From: a virus
Virus record (IMG/VR): IMGVR_UViG_3300047496_000382
Length of the DNA: 64,000 bases
Strand: one strand, 5' to 3'
A program made the position numbers and the translations under genes. Position 1 is the stretch's first letter. Each line of letters starts with the position of its first letter. Under the pieces are notes generated by a model. The model searched no databases. It worked only from the letters and a program-made list of their open reading frames with translations, and was not told the origin of the DNA. Positions 31,501 to 41,451 of the stretch are shown here, piece after piece.

Positions 31501-31859
31501 CCGTAGATGAGCTGGTCGATGGGCCAAGGCGCAGGAGACTGGTAAGTACAATCGACGAAGACGTGAACGATGGCCGAGCCGTTGTTGAGACCTGCGGCAA
31601 TCATTGCCGTGTAGAGCTCCCAAGGGTCGGTGTAGACGTTGCCGCCTGCGGTGCCTCCTGGTTGGTACACGAGCGCGCCGCCGCCACCTCCACCGCCCCC
31701 AGCGAGGATGGCGAGGTTCACCAAGTCAAAAGCCTTCTGCAGGTCTCTCCGCAGGTCGAAGAACAACCCGCCCCAGCCCTGTCCGGGCTTGATGAGCGCG
31801 ACCGAAGAGCTGGTCAGCTTGTCCGAAGCGGCGGTTTCCTTGAAGAACGGGTTGGCCAT
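28557..31859 (-). CDS. Large fibre/tailspike protein (1100 aa) with two pectin-lyase-like modules
   Basis: DGSFNNPFNLIQSAL and DGSYAHPYTTIQAGINAA...HAGTYNENL motifs; promoter TTGGCG-N17-TAGTCT at 31868-31896. Confidence 0.7.
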   Translation of the reverse strand: MANPFFKETAASDKLTSSSVALIKPGQGWGGLFFDLRRDLQKAFDLVNLAILAGGGGGGGGALVYQPGGTAGGNVYTDPWELYTAMIAAGLNNGSAIVHVFVDCTYQSPAPWPIDQLIYGAVFHAAPGTSAPAVLGTVNGTNPNTAGPSLGALYVPAELDGVLVVNVNSTSEFMVYVGAEFSPRFSLRNNAGIQRAGDFDNLALGIFPNPDFTLYIDKCNNPFPNLMDGGAWNTQVIGGTGSTLNVVVTEALPTDATHPFQMPSFSAGPGPVLNVFYDDTVPASALNEGAWQGTVNLFPLAQGGMVPGLWFVDISGRLGGPAPVGDGSFNNPFNLIQSALNAIMAADAAARLPGGFGYSGYEVRITEGYSNESLSMGPLSLANNIRIRGSGSNATNIGAQSGPSFFWQLGATPMGSYPPSNISFEDIGFNTQDLVSNTVHLDGSAAASQEGAFSDVCFLNCNINNAGGNPSGTGVPLYIKSAQVNFISSAGNGVGVNANGTGPSVRVWNGQLSVSGPNAGIGSVIQFCADYRPGAPPTANGLCSVQVSNGASINGVQAQGTPVIFVPDSGTCNYIESYPLDTDVSTAFENITVPNRGAPWVGATLVNTLGPGAVNIGPIVGVQGLLGSVFGPGNASQVQFPDMTAFPAPMLGPAFFCLGGGTIAGALAVETADPAGLVVDWGGAKLFGNLFNGAGASVITAGDGVTVDLRGASYANSTLAPVGTGKFITGVGYWEVHVWGSYSGVSDGSYAHPYTTIQAGINAAIALGVANAAIIVHAGTYNENLVINNYNGGLYLAAFQPTPKDSQNIVVTGNLTISGTATHVRVKDIKFAYPGGTQPDLIDSSAGRNYFSNVGFEGGGGIQFTGAWARWHEFTDCTISGPVSIGGAPAANSQVSMWRTRGGATITQSTVNCALLLVDTEGLGLLTHAAGKVTIEGGFCPSIVSTTNSGTDSLTISHCTLYQGGAAFGTINKTGTCPYALSSVWRNPSLDTLTGPTPVIGALGWNSVTPVDGATVTAHSADWISYTANLVATNVINLPDATLGFPRVRITKGGTGSLQVFTSGGQNIYNVVNGATPNFFMGDYQSVTLESDGTQWWRVA

Positions 31860-31909
31860 CAACGGCCAGACTACTCCGCGCGACAGATTGCGCCAAAGAC
31901 GCCTACAGC

Positions 31910-34900
31910 TCAGGCAGTGTTTGATGCGCCCGTTGGCGGGTCTACTTGCGCGCCCTCGGTGATGTCGGAAGAAGTGAACTCGAAGTCTTCTGACTGCGAC
32001 TGGCCGAGCAGGCGACCTGTCTGCGTCTCAGGACGGCTGTATTTCCGGACTGGCAAGTCATTGCGTGCCACCGCGCGCGTCGCATCTTGGAAGGCGCCAG
32101 CGTAGCTCGCGTTGTTCACGGTGAGCCCGAAGAAGGCAGAGAACTGCCCACCCAATAGAAGGTCGACCGCCCGGTCAGAGCCCTTCTCGATGTAGCTCTT
32201 GATGAGCGCGTCAATGGCGGGCACGGGCTCCGCTGTGTAGCCCTTCACCGCGCCCTCGAGTGGACCCACGCCGTTGTAGGTCGTGGCCGCTGCGATGGTG
32301 AGCTGCTTGAAGAGTGCGATGAGCGCGTTCGCTGCCGTACTGAGCTGCGCGACCGTGGGGTTCTGGTTGGCGAGCAGCGGGTTGATAAGCCGATTGAGAG
32401 ACTGGAGGAAGAGCGGGCTCTGTGTTGTGTTTGCGAGCCACGCGGTGAGCTGTGTCTTGTAGACGCTGTAGTCATTCATCGTGCCGACGCGCAAACGCGC
32501 CACCGGTGGAGGCTGCGGCGTGAACGTCCACGAACCTGACGCTACGGGCACATCGGGTGAGACGCCGATGAGCTTCAGCGTTGTATCGACCGAGGTGATG
32601 AGGAACTCACTGCCTACGACGGCATAGTTGGTGGGGTAGAACTGAAGCAAGTCTCCAGGTTGTAGTCCCCGCGGAATAGAAGGCAGCTGGAACCAGGGGG
32701 TGGTCGCCTTCGCATCTGCAGGCGCACCGAAGATGTAGTCCGAAGCGTTACCGCTTGGAGTCACCCTCGATGCGGTCGTTGTGTCTAGCGAGGTGAGCAC
32801 AACATCCATCCACCCGAAGTCGCCCGTCATGAAGACCGGGTCAGCGCCCGCACGCACCGTTGGCAACGGCGTCTGCAAGACGAAGTCGAGCGGTGAGGTC
32901 TGCGAGTCGATGCAGTACGTGCCCTTGTTCGGCCCCGCCGAGACGTTGAAGGTGGCGTACTTGGTGAAACCACTGACCGTATCGCCGAGCTCGAAGGCCA
33001 TCGCGCCATCATTGGTGCCTGCGCCAGTGAAAACCAACACGTCTCCGACAGCGAGCGCCTTCGCCGTCGTGCCGCCGTTGATGGTCTGCAGCATGTACGA
33101 CTGCAGAAGGTTCGCACCGCTGCGCACGACCATTGCGTAGCCAACAGAAGCTGTTCCGCCGTAGGCAATGCTGGTGACAGTGAGCGTGAGCGTGCCCAGC
33201 GCGAAGACTGCTGCTCCAGCGCCCTGTACTTCAGAGACCGTCACGGTCAATGCGTCAGAGAGATTCGAGCGCACAGGCAGGCCAGAAACCTGTGCACCGA
33301 ATACTGTCGAGGGCGAGACTTGCGGCACGACGGCTGTCGTCGACGACGTCTGCGAAGTCTTGTTCTTGATGTCCTTCACCAGTGTGTCGGCCGTCGTGAG
33401 CAAACAGTTCGAAGGCACACCCACCGGCATGCCGAGGAGCTGCGCGCTTCCCTTCGACGGCGTGTCATCGCCGATGACTTCGAGCGCGAGCTCGGCAGGC
33501 ACTTGCACCGCGGGGTTGGTACAACGCACACGCACGAACTTGTTGGGTGGCCCCACCTCACAGGGCGCACTGCCTTGAAGCACCGTCGTGCCGGCAATCG
33601 TCAGAGTGGTTGATGTCACCGCAGTGATGGGCCAGTAGCCTGTGTTCGCACCACTGGTGACCTGAAGGGAGTAGCCGGGCTGCACGCCCAGCGCGACGAA
33701 GTCTGTTCCCCCGAACGCCAAGGACACAACAGGGTTGAGCCCCGCTGGGATGTTCACCTGGCCAGAGAACACGAGCGGATTGAAGAAGCTCTCGGCCACA
33801 ACATCGAGACCCACCAAGGCGGCATTGATGTCGCTCGCTACTTGGTCAGCAGAGCGCGTCGGTGTTCCGCCCGTGTACGTGCCGGCGGTGAAGCCCAGCA
33901 CGGCCATCGCAGGTCCACCAACGATGGTGAACTGCGACGCTTTCGCCCCCACGTGCTGCACGTCTTGTAAGAAGATGCTCGTGAAGAACAACCCTGCCTG
34001 GACGCCGAGTGGTTGAAGTGGCGCATTGAGCTGCGCGACCACGGCATTGATGTCCGCCGGCGCGTTGAAGGTGACGGCGAAGGGGAGCGAGCCAAACTTC
34101 ATGTTCAGTGTGAGTCCGTCGAGACTGCCGCCCGGTCCATACGTGAGCCCGGAGAGGTCACCACCGGCCGCCACCGCCTCGGTCGCACCCCCACTCGAAG
34201 TGAGCGTCGCAACGTACGTTGTGTTCCCCACCTTGAGCTTGAACTTGTTGTTGTTCGCCTGGGGGAAGCCGCTCTCTGGCACTGGGCTCGAGCCGTCGCC
34301 GATGACGAAGGGCTCGGCCTGGTTGCCGTCGAACTCTGCGATGGGCGAGGTGGCGAGCTGGATGGCGATGGGTGCGCGCCCGTCCATCGCGAGCGCGAGG
34401 GTGTCATTCACGCCGGCGACGATGGCGAAGGCACCGACCATGAGGCCGTTCACCAGCTGCGCGGGCGTCGCCTTGTGGTTCGCATCCGAGTAGCCGAAGC
34501 CGGTGCCCGTCAGCGCAAAGAAGTCCGTCGGCGGGTTGAAGGTGCCGAACGTGGTCACCGCACTCTTGGCCGCGAGCAGGTTCAGGATGGCGGTGCGCAC
34601 GTAGCCAAGCCGGTCCTCGCGCGACAGCGAGTTCAAGACGTCGGCATCTGCCCCGACCAAGGCCGCTGCGTTGTTGAGCACGTTGGTCGCGAGGAGCTGC
34701 GGCAGGTTCAGGCCGGCGTAGTCGTCCAGCGCCCCCGCCAAGAGCTGCACCTTCGCCACCAAGGCCGCATGCTGCGCCGTCAGCTGACTCATCAGCCCCG
34801 GAATGGCTGCGCGCGCCTGTTGAGGCGTGAGCACAATCGCCCCATTCTGCTTCACAGCCTGTCCCGCAGGCCCATTTAGGAAGCTCGCGGCGTTGGTCGC

Positions 34901-35305
34901 AAACCGTTGGTACGCCGCCGTGCCCGTCACATCCGTGAACCCGGCAGTGCGCGAACCTGCAGCAGTTCCAAGCTCTTGCAGCGCCGCCTTTGCATTGTAG
35001 AGCGGCGACACGTCCTCCACCGGCAGGACCTTCCTCCCGAGGGAATTCACCGCGTCGAGCAAACTCGAAATCGTTTGTGATTCAGCGGGGATGTCTGTCG
35101 TCAGCAGCCTGTTTGACCCCAAAAATACAACGTAGAACGGCGCGTTGCCGTACAGGACGAAAACCCCGGCGGCAGCCTGTTGGACATCCGTGAAGGTAAC
35201 GTCAGTTCGCAAAACCCCGAGCGTATCCAGGGGTCTAGCCACCGTAGACAGAACAATCTGCTCGACCGCTGCCTGAATCTCGTCGGGGGTGTAATTGGCT
35301 GTCAT
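31910..35305 (-). CDS. Large virion structural protein (1131 aa, probable baseplate/tail)
   Basis: GANTGYW/GPNKGTY motifs also seen in the baseplate-J-like ORF; TACAAT -10 at 35345-35350. Confidence 0.55.
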   Translation of the reverse strand: MTANYTPDEIQAAVEQIVLSTVARPLDTLGVLRTDVTFTDVQQAAAGVFVLYGNAPFYVVFLGSNRLLTTDIPAESQTISSLLDAVNSLGRKVLPVEDVSPLYNAKAALQELGTAAGSRTAGFTDVTGTAAYQRFATNAASFLNGPAGQAVKQNGAIVLTPQQARAAIPGLMSQLTAQHAALVAKVQLLAGALDDYAGLNLPQLLATNVLNNAAALVGADADVLNSLSREDRLGYVRTAILNLLAAKSAVTTFGTFNPPTDFFALTGTGFGYSDANHKATPAQLVNGLMVGAFAIVAGVNDTLALAMDGRAPIAIQLATSPIAEFDGNQAEPFVIGDGSSPVPESGFPQANNNKFKLKVGNTTYVATLTSSGGATEAVAAGGDLSGLTYGPGGSLDGLTLNMKFGSLPFAVTFNAPADINAVVAQLNAPLQPLGVQAGLFFTSIFLQDVQHVGAKASQFTIVGGPAMAVLGFTAGTYTGGTPTRSADQVASDINAALVGLDVVAESFFNPLVFSGQVNIPAGLNPVVSLAFGGTDFVALGVQPGYSLQVTSGANTGYWPITAVTSTTLTIAGTTVLQGSAPCEVGPPNKFVRVRCTNPAVQVPAELALEVIGDDTPSKGSAQLLGMPVGVPSNCLLTTADTLVKDIKNKTSQTSSTTAVVPQVSPSTVFGAQVSGLPVRSNLSDALTVTVSEVQGAGAAVFALGTLTLTVTSIAYGGTASVGYAMVVRSGANLLQSYMLQTINGGTTAKALAVGDVLVFTGAGTNDGAMAFELGDTVSGFTKYATFNVSAGPNKGTYCIDSQTSPLDFVLQTPLPTVRAGADPVFMTGDFGWMDVVLTSLDTTTASRVTPSGNASDYIFGAPADAKATTPWFQLPSIPRGLQPGDLLQFYPTNYAVVGSEFLITSVDTTLKLIGVSPDVPVASGSWTFTPQPPPVARLRVGTMNDYSVYKTQLTAWLANTTQSPLFLQSLNRLINPLLANQNPTVAQLSTAANALIALFKQLTIAAATTYNGVGPLEGAVKGYTAEPVPAIDALIKSYIEKGSDRAVDLLLGGQFSAFFGLTVNNASYAGAFQDATRAVARNDLPVRKYSRPETQTGRLLGQSQSEDFEFTSSDITEGAQVDPPTGASNTA

Positions 35306-35351
35306 CTGTTCAGTCCTCGGGGTCGAGCGCTACGTCGAGCACAGATTGTAT

Positions 35352-37004
35352 TCACCACCACCACTCAGGGTCGTCGGGCGTCAGGGCCGGAGCCCTCGCC
35401 TTGCCGGCAACTTCTGCCAGGCAGGCGCTCACCTTCAGGGCGTTCTCTACGGTGAGCTGGACGGAGACCTTCTGGAGTGGCCTGCCATCGAGCTCCGCCG
35501 TTATGAGCACCACGTCGACGGACCCTGAGCGATGGTAGCCTTGGATGTCCCAGACGAGCTTGCCCGGACGGCCGCGTGCCTGCCCGCGTCGGACGCTCCG
35601 CGAGGGGATTCGCGCGAGCACCAACAGCACTTCAGCCAAGAGCGTCCAGACCACCCCGCAAGCGAATGCGACCCACATCAGAAGCCCGCCTTCGCAAGGA
35701 GGCACTCGCCCATGTCGACCATGGCGGACGACAGCAGCAGGTGGAGCGTGAAGAGCTTCTCGTAGGGGGTGTCATCCCCGTCGAAGGCCGTGCCCCGCAC
35801 GTTGTCGGCGATGCCTGTGCTCGCGTAGTTCCACGAGAGGTAGACGACGCCGTCGTCGAACACCTCGAGCTGTACGTCTGGTGCTGCAGCCAGGCAGAGC
35901 GCGTAGGCACGCAGGATGCCCCGCTTCAGCTGTTCTTCGGTCGGCTTCTGCATCACATCGCTCCGTTGGTCTGCGGGCGTCGGTACTTCGCGTCGTACGC
36001 CTCGGGGGTGTTCTCGGGGTCGAGGAAGAGGAGCCAGGCCTTCGGCACCTTGCGCACCCAGCCCTTCTCCCCGATGGTCAGCTCGTAGTCACCGCGCACC
36101 ATGCCGCTGACCACCGCGCGGGTGCCCTCCGGGTACTTCAGCCCGCCGCGCGTGTTGATGTCGGCAGTGAGCACCACCCGACGACCGATGTCACGCCAAC
36201 CGGCTGTTCGACGACGTTCGGGCATGGTCAGTCTCCCAGGGGGTCGACGTCATCGGTGGAGTCGGCTGATGGGCCGCTGCGCGGAGCTTCCCCGCTATCG
36301 TCGATGTCGTCAGTCGGCGGGTGGCTACTCCGCTTCGCGGTCGGCGTCTGCGGGTCGGTGGGCATGCCGAGCGAAGGAAGCGTCGCCGGCAGGAGCTCGC
36401 TGGTGCCCCCGAGGTCGAGGGGCAGGCGTGTGTCGAGCGTGCGCTGCAGCCGCTCTACGTGGAGCTCGAGCCACGGCAGCTTCTTGAGCAGCTCCTCGGT
36501 ACGGTCACCAGCCTTCTCGTAGTTCAAGAAGTCCACACGTCCCTTCGGATGGAAGACGGTGGACTGCCCCACGCTCAGCGAGAACTCCTGCACCAGGCCG
36601 ATGAGCTCGCCGTCCACGCGCAGCATCACGATGCCCTCGTCCACTTCGATGGTGAGCTTGGCCATGAGCTACTCCCCCAACGAGACGGCGAGCCCATCGG
36701 TACGCTTGAAGCCGACGAGCTTCATGTTGTCGTCAAAAGTCGCAGCGATGTAGCCCCAGCCCGCGTTCTTGCTAGTCCCGTGGACACCCACGAGTCCGTT
36801 GAGAATCCCGAGCAGACCCACACCCCACTTGCCTGCATCCCGAGATGCCTGGATGGTCGGATGCTGCAGCACGGCGTCGTTGATTTCGATGCGTCGCTCA
36901 ACGAGCTGTTCGACGAGCGCGCGCACGTCCTCGTCCTTGATGATGGCGTTCAGTCGCCGAATGAGTTCATCAGCGAGCTGCGAGTCGGTGAGGGTCTGTT
37001 CCAT
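35352..37004 (-). other. Five hypothetical CDS (35352-35678, 35678-35956, 35953-36225, 36228-36665, 36669-37004 leaderless)
   Basis: Coupled ORFs; TAGACT 7 nt before ATG 37004. Confidence 0.6.
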
Positions 37005-37044
37005 GCGCGCGAGTCTACCTCGCGAGGGCGGAAGAAGGAGCTAG

Positions 37045-37070
37045 AAAAAGAAGCGGACTTGCGTCCGCTC
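37045..37070 (-). terminator. Intrinsic terminator
   Basis: AGCGGAC-GCAA-GUCCGCU followed by UCUUUUU. Confidence 0.8.
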
Positions 37071-37078
37071 CCTTCTCG

Positions 37079-37471
37079 TCAAGACAAGAAACCCATGTGG
37101 TACACGCGCGTGATGTGCTGGCCCGTGAGCGACACGCGCTTCGGCGTGCCGCCCTCCGTGCCACGTGGAGCGCGTCCGCCGGCCAAGTACTTCGGCCACA
37201 CGCAGCACTCGGAAGAAGGCGTGTCGTACGAGCAGTACTCCAGCTTGGTGGCGAGGAGGTCCATCACGTAGTTGAGCGCCTTGTTCGCGGCGAGGTCAGC
37301 CTCGTTGTGAACGGGGTCGTTGATGAAGCAGCCTGCCGCGAGATGCAGCGCCTTACGCTGCTTGTCGGTGATGTCCGCGTCGGGGATGACGTAGAACTGC
37401 ACCATGGCGGGGACATCTTCCCAGACGAGCAGCGTTGACGGGGCGGGCACAGGCACAGCAGCTCCAGACAT
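37079..37471 (-). CDS. Hypothetical protein
   Basis: SD GGAGG; own promoter at 37570. Confidence 0.65.
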   Translation of the reverse strand: MSGAAVPVPAPSTLLVWEDVPAMVQFYVIPDADITDKQRKALHLAAGCFINDPVHNEADLAANKALNYVMDLLATKLEYCSYDTPSSECCVWPKYLAGGRAPRGTEGGTPKRVSLTGQHITRVYHMGFLS

Positions 37472-37569
37472 GATGAACCTCCAGGTAGGTAGAGCAGTCG
37501 AGGCCCCTCGTGGGGGCCTCGGCGGATTCGAACCGTCAGCACAGGCTGCTGTCGGCCGCGGTCATTGTT

Positions 37570-37598
37570 CTTATGCCTGAAGCACTCGATGAATTGCA
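37570..37598 (-). promoter_or_regulatory. Phage-class promoter CAAT-N17-CATAAG
   Basis: Exact spacing; follows a terminator and TTCTAGC. Confidence 0.7.
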
Positions 37599-37604
37599 GA
37601 GCTA

Positions 37605-37640
37605 GAAGAAAGAGTGCGGGCTTTCGCCCGCGCTCTTCCT
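37605..37640 (-). terminator. Intrinsic terminator
   Basis: GCGGGC-GAAA-GCCCGC followed by ACUCUUUCUU. Confidence 0.7.
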
Positions 37641-38343
37641 CAGACCTCGCAGGTGCAGACCGCACCGCACGAGTAGCACTCCCACCACCAGGCACACTCC
37701 GGGTCGAAGTCCGCAATGCATTCGCCCCGGTTGTGCTCTTCTTCGATGAAGCTGACTGGAGCCGCGCGCACGCAGCACGTGGCACTGCAAGGACAACCAC
37801 GACCAGACGGGACAGCGCGCCTTTGCGCGCAACCACGGCACTCTCCGTTGCGTCGATGCCCCTGTGTCCTACCCCCGCATGTTCGACAGGTGTGGGCTTT
37901 TCTCTGAACCGGCGGCAACGCGCGCAGTAGCTGCAACGGGTCGAAGCCGTGACGAAGACTGTTCTCTACGTGAACGAGCATGGCAAAACCTCCCGTCTCT
38001 TAGCTACTCAGCCAGTGAATACGTGACCTTCGGCTTCCATCTCACGGCGGTCGACCTCGTCCATCGCGCGAATGCCCGATTCGCTGAGAACCTCGATGCC
38101 ACCTGTTGCACTGTCACAACGAAACCCACGAAGCAGCGCACGGGCTGTCTCCAGGTTGAGCTCCAGAACCGCCTCGTCGTGCACCTCGAGCTTCAGCGTG
38201 CGCAACTTCTTTGCGTTCTCTCGCGCCAAGAGACGCAAGCCCGCAACTAGAACAGCCTGAATGTGTGACGGGTCGAAACCTTCTCCCGGGATGTTTGTTG
38301 TGAATCCGTAAGCGACCTCGGTGCTCTTGGTGGGGATGTGCAT
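37640..38343 (-). other. Two CDS (37640-37981 Cys-rich; 38008-38343)
   Basis: SD GGAGG before both; promoter CAAA-N17-GATAAT at 38363-38391. Confidence 0.6.
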
Positions 38344-38402
38344 GTGAAGGACCTCCATGGCTATTATCCCCAATTCCCTGCTGTTTTTGCTTCAAGACCG
38401 TA

Positions 38403-38437
38403 AAGAAGAAGGGCCCACCCCGAAGGGTGAGCCCGTC
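38403..38437 (-). terminator. Intrinsic terminator
   Basis: GGGCUCACCC-UUCG-GGGUGGGCCC followed by UUCUUCUUU. Confidence 0.8.
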
Positions 38438-38440
38438 TCC

Positions 38441-41010
38441 TCAACCAGCAGCTGCAGGCGGTGCATCCCGCACCACCGGCTTTGGCGCCGGCGGGCTCAC
38501 CCACGTGATGGTGGGCCACGCGCCGACACTCTTCTTGCCCGCTTTGTGGAAAGCGCGCAGGACGGGGATGTGCGGTGCGAGGGAGGTGTCTTGCTTGGCC
38601 ACCTCTGCCTTCTTTGGATTGTGGCCGTGGTTGCAGTTGGGTCCGTGTACGTGGTCTTTCATGTACCCCTCGTAGTTGTTTCCGCCTAGCGGTTCAACAT
38701 GCCCGCCCACTTCAACTTCAACAACGCCGACAGACGCGCGCACTCGGCGGCGTATCTGTCCGCACAACGCGTATGCGTCGGCTGGTCGACGGCAGGACTC
38801 TCTGCCGAGTCCCTCCATCGCTTCTCGCAGACCTCTGAAGCCTCCAAAGCCTCCTCGACCTCGAGCAACGTCGAGTCCATCGAGATGGTGGCTCGCGTCA
38901 GCTTCAACATCGAGAGCTCAAGCTCTTGGGCAGTAGCGCCGACGGGCGTCATGCCTTGTACCCCAGCACGGGCTTCTCTTCGGCACCGTGGAACTGCTCG
39001 ATGAACTCTTCTATCTTACAGTCGTTGATGCCGAGCTCCAGCTCCGGCACTATCTGGCGAACAGTCTTTATGTTCGCCGCGAGCTCAGACGGCAGCGTGT
39101 TGACGCCCGTGTAGTGCTTCACGAGCTGAACGCTCTCTTTGCGCTGCTCCCGCATGCCTTCCTTCGCCGCATCACGCTCTGCGCGTGAGACATGGGAGAG
39201 AAAGCGGGGCGTCGCCGTGTCGTTGAACAAGCGCATGATGATGGCCTCCTACTTCTCTTGTGCCTGAAAAATAGCTGGAATTGCCGAGCTTGTCTGCCCA
39301 ACAGGGCGGCACCTTCTTCATGCGCACCCACGCGCAGTCGGATGTCGCGCGGTAGTAGTTCTTGGTCTGGGTGCGCCCGCGGTACTGGAGGGAGCACTTC
39401 GAGCAGATGTGCACGGCACCTGAGCTCTTGGTCGCGTTCCTCCAACGGTGTTTTTCACTCACGGGCCGTCCCACATCGCGCGGTCCATCGCTGACATTCC
39501 GCACACCGAGCACGACGCCGAGGAGAAGGTCTCCCCCTCAATGCCGGGCCCGTCGGTGTCGCAGACATGCTTCGGGTCCGGGCCGCACATGAAAATCTGC
39601 GGCTCCGGTCCGTCAGCGTCGAAGCGCATCTTGAGCACTTCGCGTTGTTCCAACCAGACACGTGCCCGGCGCTTGATGCGTGTGCTCACGTGCTCTTATC
39701 CTTCCTGCAGTTGGGGCAGACCCAACCATCCTCTTTGGTCAGCACCCAGCCTGCCTTACGTGCCCAGGTGCGAAAGCGGCTGATGAGCGTGATGTCTTTG
39801 TCTGCAAGCCGCCAGAGCTCCAGCACTTCTTCAAGGAGTTCGCGGGTGAATACAACGGGCTCGTGCTGCTTGTACGTGCGCACGCCGTCTTCCATCAGCG
39901 CCTCGCCACACCATGTACTGGAGCCACTGTGGCACTCCTTGAGATGGGGCGGTTGGCGGTCGCCCATGATGCACTTGCCGCAGCGGTCTTGCCCCGGCGC
40001 ACACATGTCTGGGCATCCGCGTTCTTTGCAAGCGCCCGACTTCGCACGCAGTCCGTAAATGTGCTCACGTGCCACAGTGCGATGCGCCAGCGCGTCCGCT
40101 TCTTCAACTGCCACCGCGAGGGCATCGTTGTGCGAACTGCGCATGATGGAGAACGCCGCGTCCTCGGAGTACTTCCCAGCCTGGTCGAGCGTGAGCGTGT
40201 ATCCCTGCGAGTCGGCCTTCCACCAGAGGCAGAAGTCACCGCGCGTCCATTTCCACGAGAGCAGGTAGTACTGCTTCTCAGCGGCCACGGCGGTAGTGCC
40301 CCGTGTTGTTGCACCCTTCGCACTTGAGACCGGGAGCAATCTTGCTGTCTCCCGTCCCCTCGCACAGGGGGCAGATGAGAAGTACGGTGTGAATCTCCTT
40401 CACCATCTTGAACAGGAAGTACTCGCGAATGGAGTTCACAAGCAGGAACACCCAGATGGACACGAGCTGAATCCAGATGGCGTTCATACTGTCCCTTTCG
40501 ACGCAGCGACCATCTCGCGAATGCGCTTGTCTTTCGCCTCGCTAGAGTAGTGTGCGAAGTCGCCTGGTTCCGCATCCTTCGCAGAAACAACTCTCAGGAT
40601 GCCGTGCGGGTCAGTTTCGTCGCCCACCATGAGCTGCTGCACCGACCGCAGATGGTTTGTGGGGCAGCTGTTCTCCTCATAGTGGAAGGCGTCGTGCTGC
40701 GCCTGCGCGTCAGGGCCCCCGTCTTGGGTCGAGAAGCGCATCCCCTTCACCAGCACGAAGATGGGCTCTTTCTGCGGAAGAATCTGCAGGAGCACGTGCC
40801 GGTGGATGAGACGCTCCGCGATAGGGTCAATGAGTACCGTCCCGTCGTGGAGCACCTCGACCCGATACCCGTGACCGCAGTCGTCGCAGTACCAGGGCCC
40901 TGCGGTGCCTCCTGGTTTGATGTGGTCGACGCGCTTCCCCTTCTGGTTATCAGGGCAGTGCGGACAGAGCACGTGCACGTACTTCACCGTCTTTGCAGGT
41001 TGCATCGTCA
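38441..41010 (-). other. Array of small hypothetical CDS (38441-38662, 38686-38952, 38949-39236, 39172-39461, 39459-39689, 39686-40288, 40278-40487, 40484-41010)
   Basis: Coupled ORFs, many with CxxC; promoter CAAT-N17-CACAAG at 39257-39285. Confidence 0.55.
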
Positions 41011-41240
41011 TCGCTCTTGCGGCTCCCCGAACTCGTTGAAGAGCTCGTCCATGTTGGTGATGAACTTCGCCTCGCGGTACATCAGCTCCGGCTCGAAGTT
41101 GTCGAACTGGATGACGTAGCCCTTCGCTCCACGCCCCATCGCGTAGCCGAGCTCCCACGAGGCCGAGCGGCCCGAGGGGAGAATGAGCACGCACGTAGCT
41201 GGAGGAGATTGCGCCACGAGGACGCGACGTAGAGGTGGTG
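41008..41240 (-). pseudogene. Internally deleted, frame-broken nucleoside 2-deoxyribosyltransferase-like gene
   Basis: N-terminal LYVASSWRN directly abuts C-terminal CVLILPSGRSASWELGYAMG in another frame; the usual middle part is missing. Confidence 0.6.
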
Positions 41241-41313
41241 ATAGAAGTCGGGCGCTGAACCTACAAGACGAATGAAGAAGGTCTCATCCTTCTTCGGTCC
41301 GAAGTCGACGCCC

Positions 41314-41362
41314 ACCGTCAGCCACGCCGGCGGTACCGTCAGCCACGCCGGCGGTACCGTCA
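41314..41362. repeat. 21-bp tandem repeat, 2.3 copies (encodes TVPPAWL x2)
   Basis: accgtcagccacgccggcggt at 41314-41334 and 41335-41355, partial copy at 41356-41362. Confidence 0.95.
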
Positions 41363-41451
41363 TGCTGTGCTCGATGCGCTTGAGCGTTTTGCGACAATCG
41401 CGGCAGTGGTCGCAGTTCGAAACCGCACGGCACTTGAAGTGCCCGCAGCGC

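Noticed and set aside
39172-39300. ORF tail running through the 39257 promoter after KKVPPC (possible lost stop)
   Set aside because: Suggestive only; no independent evidence for where the protein should end.
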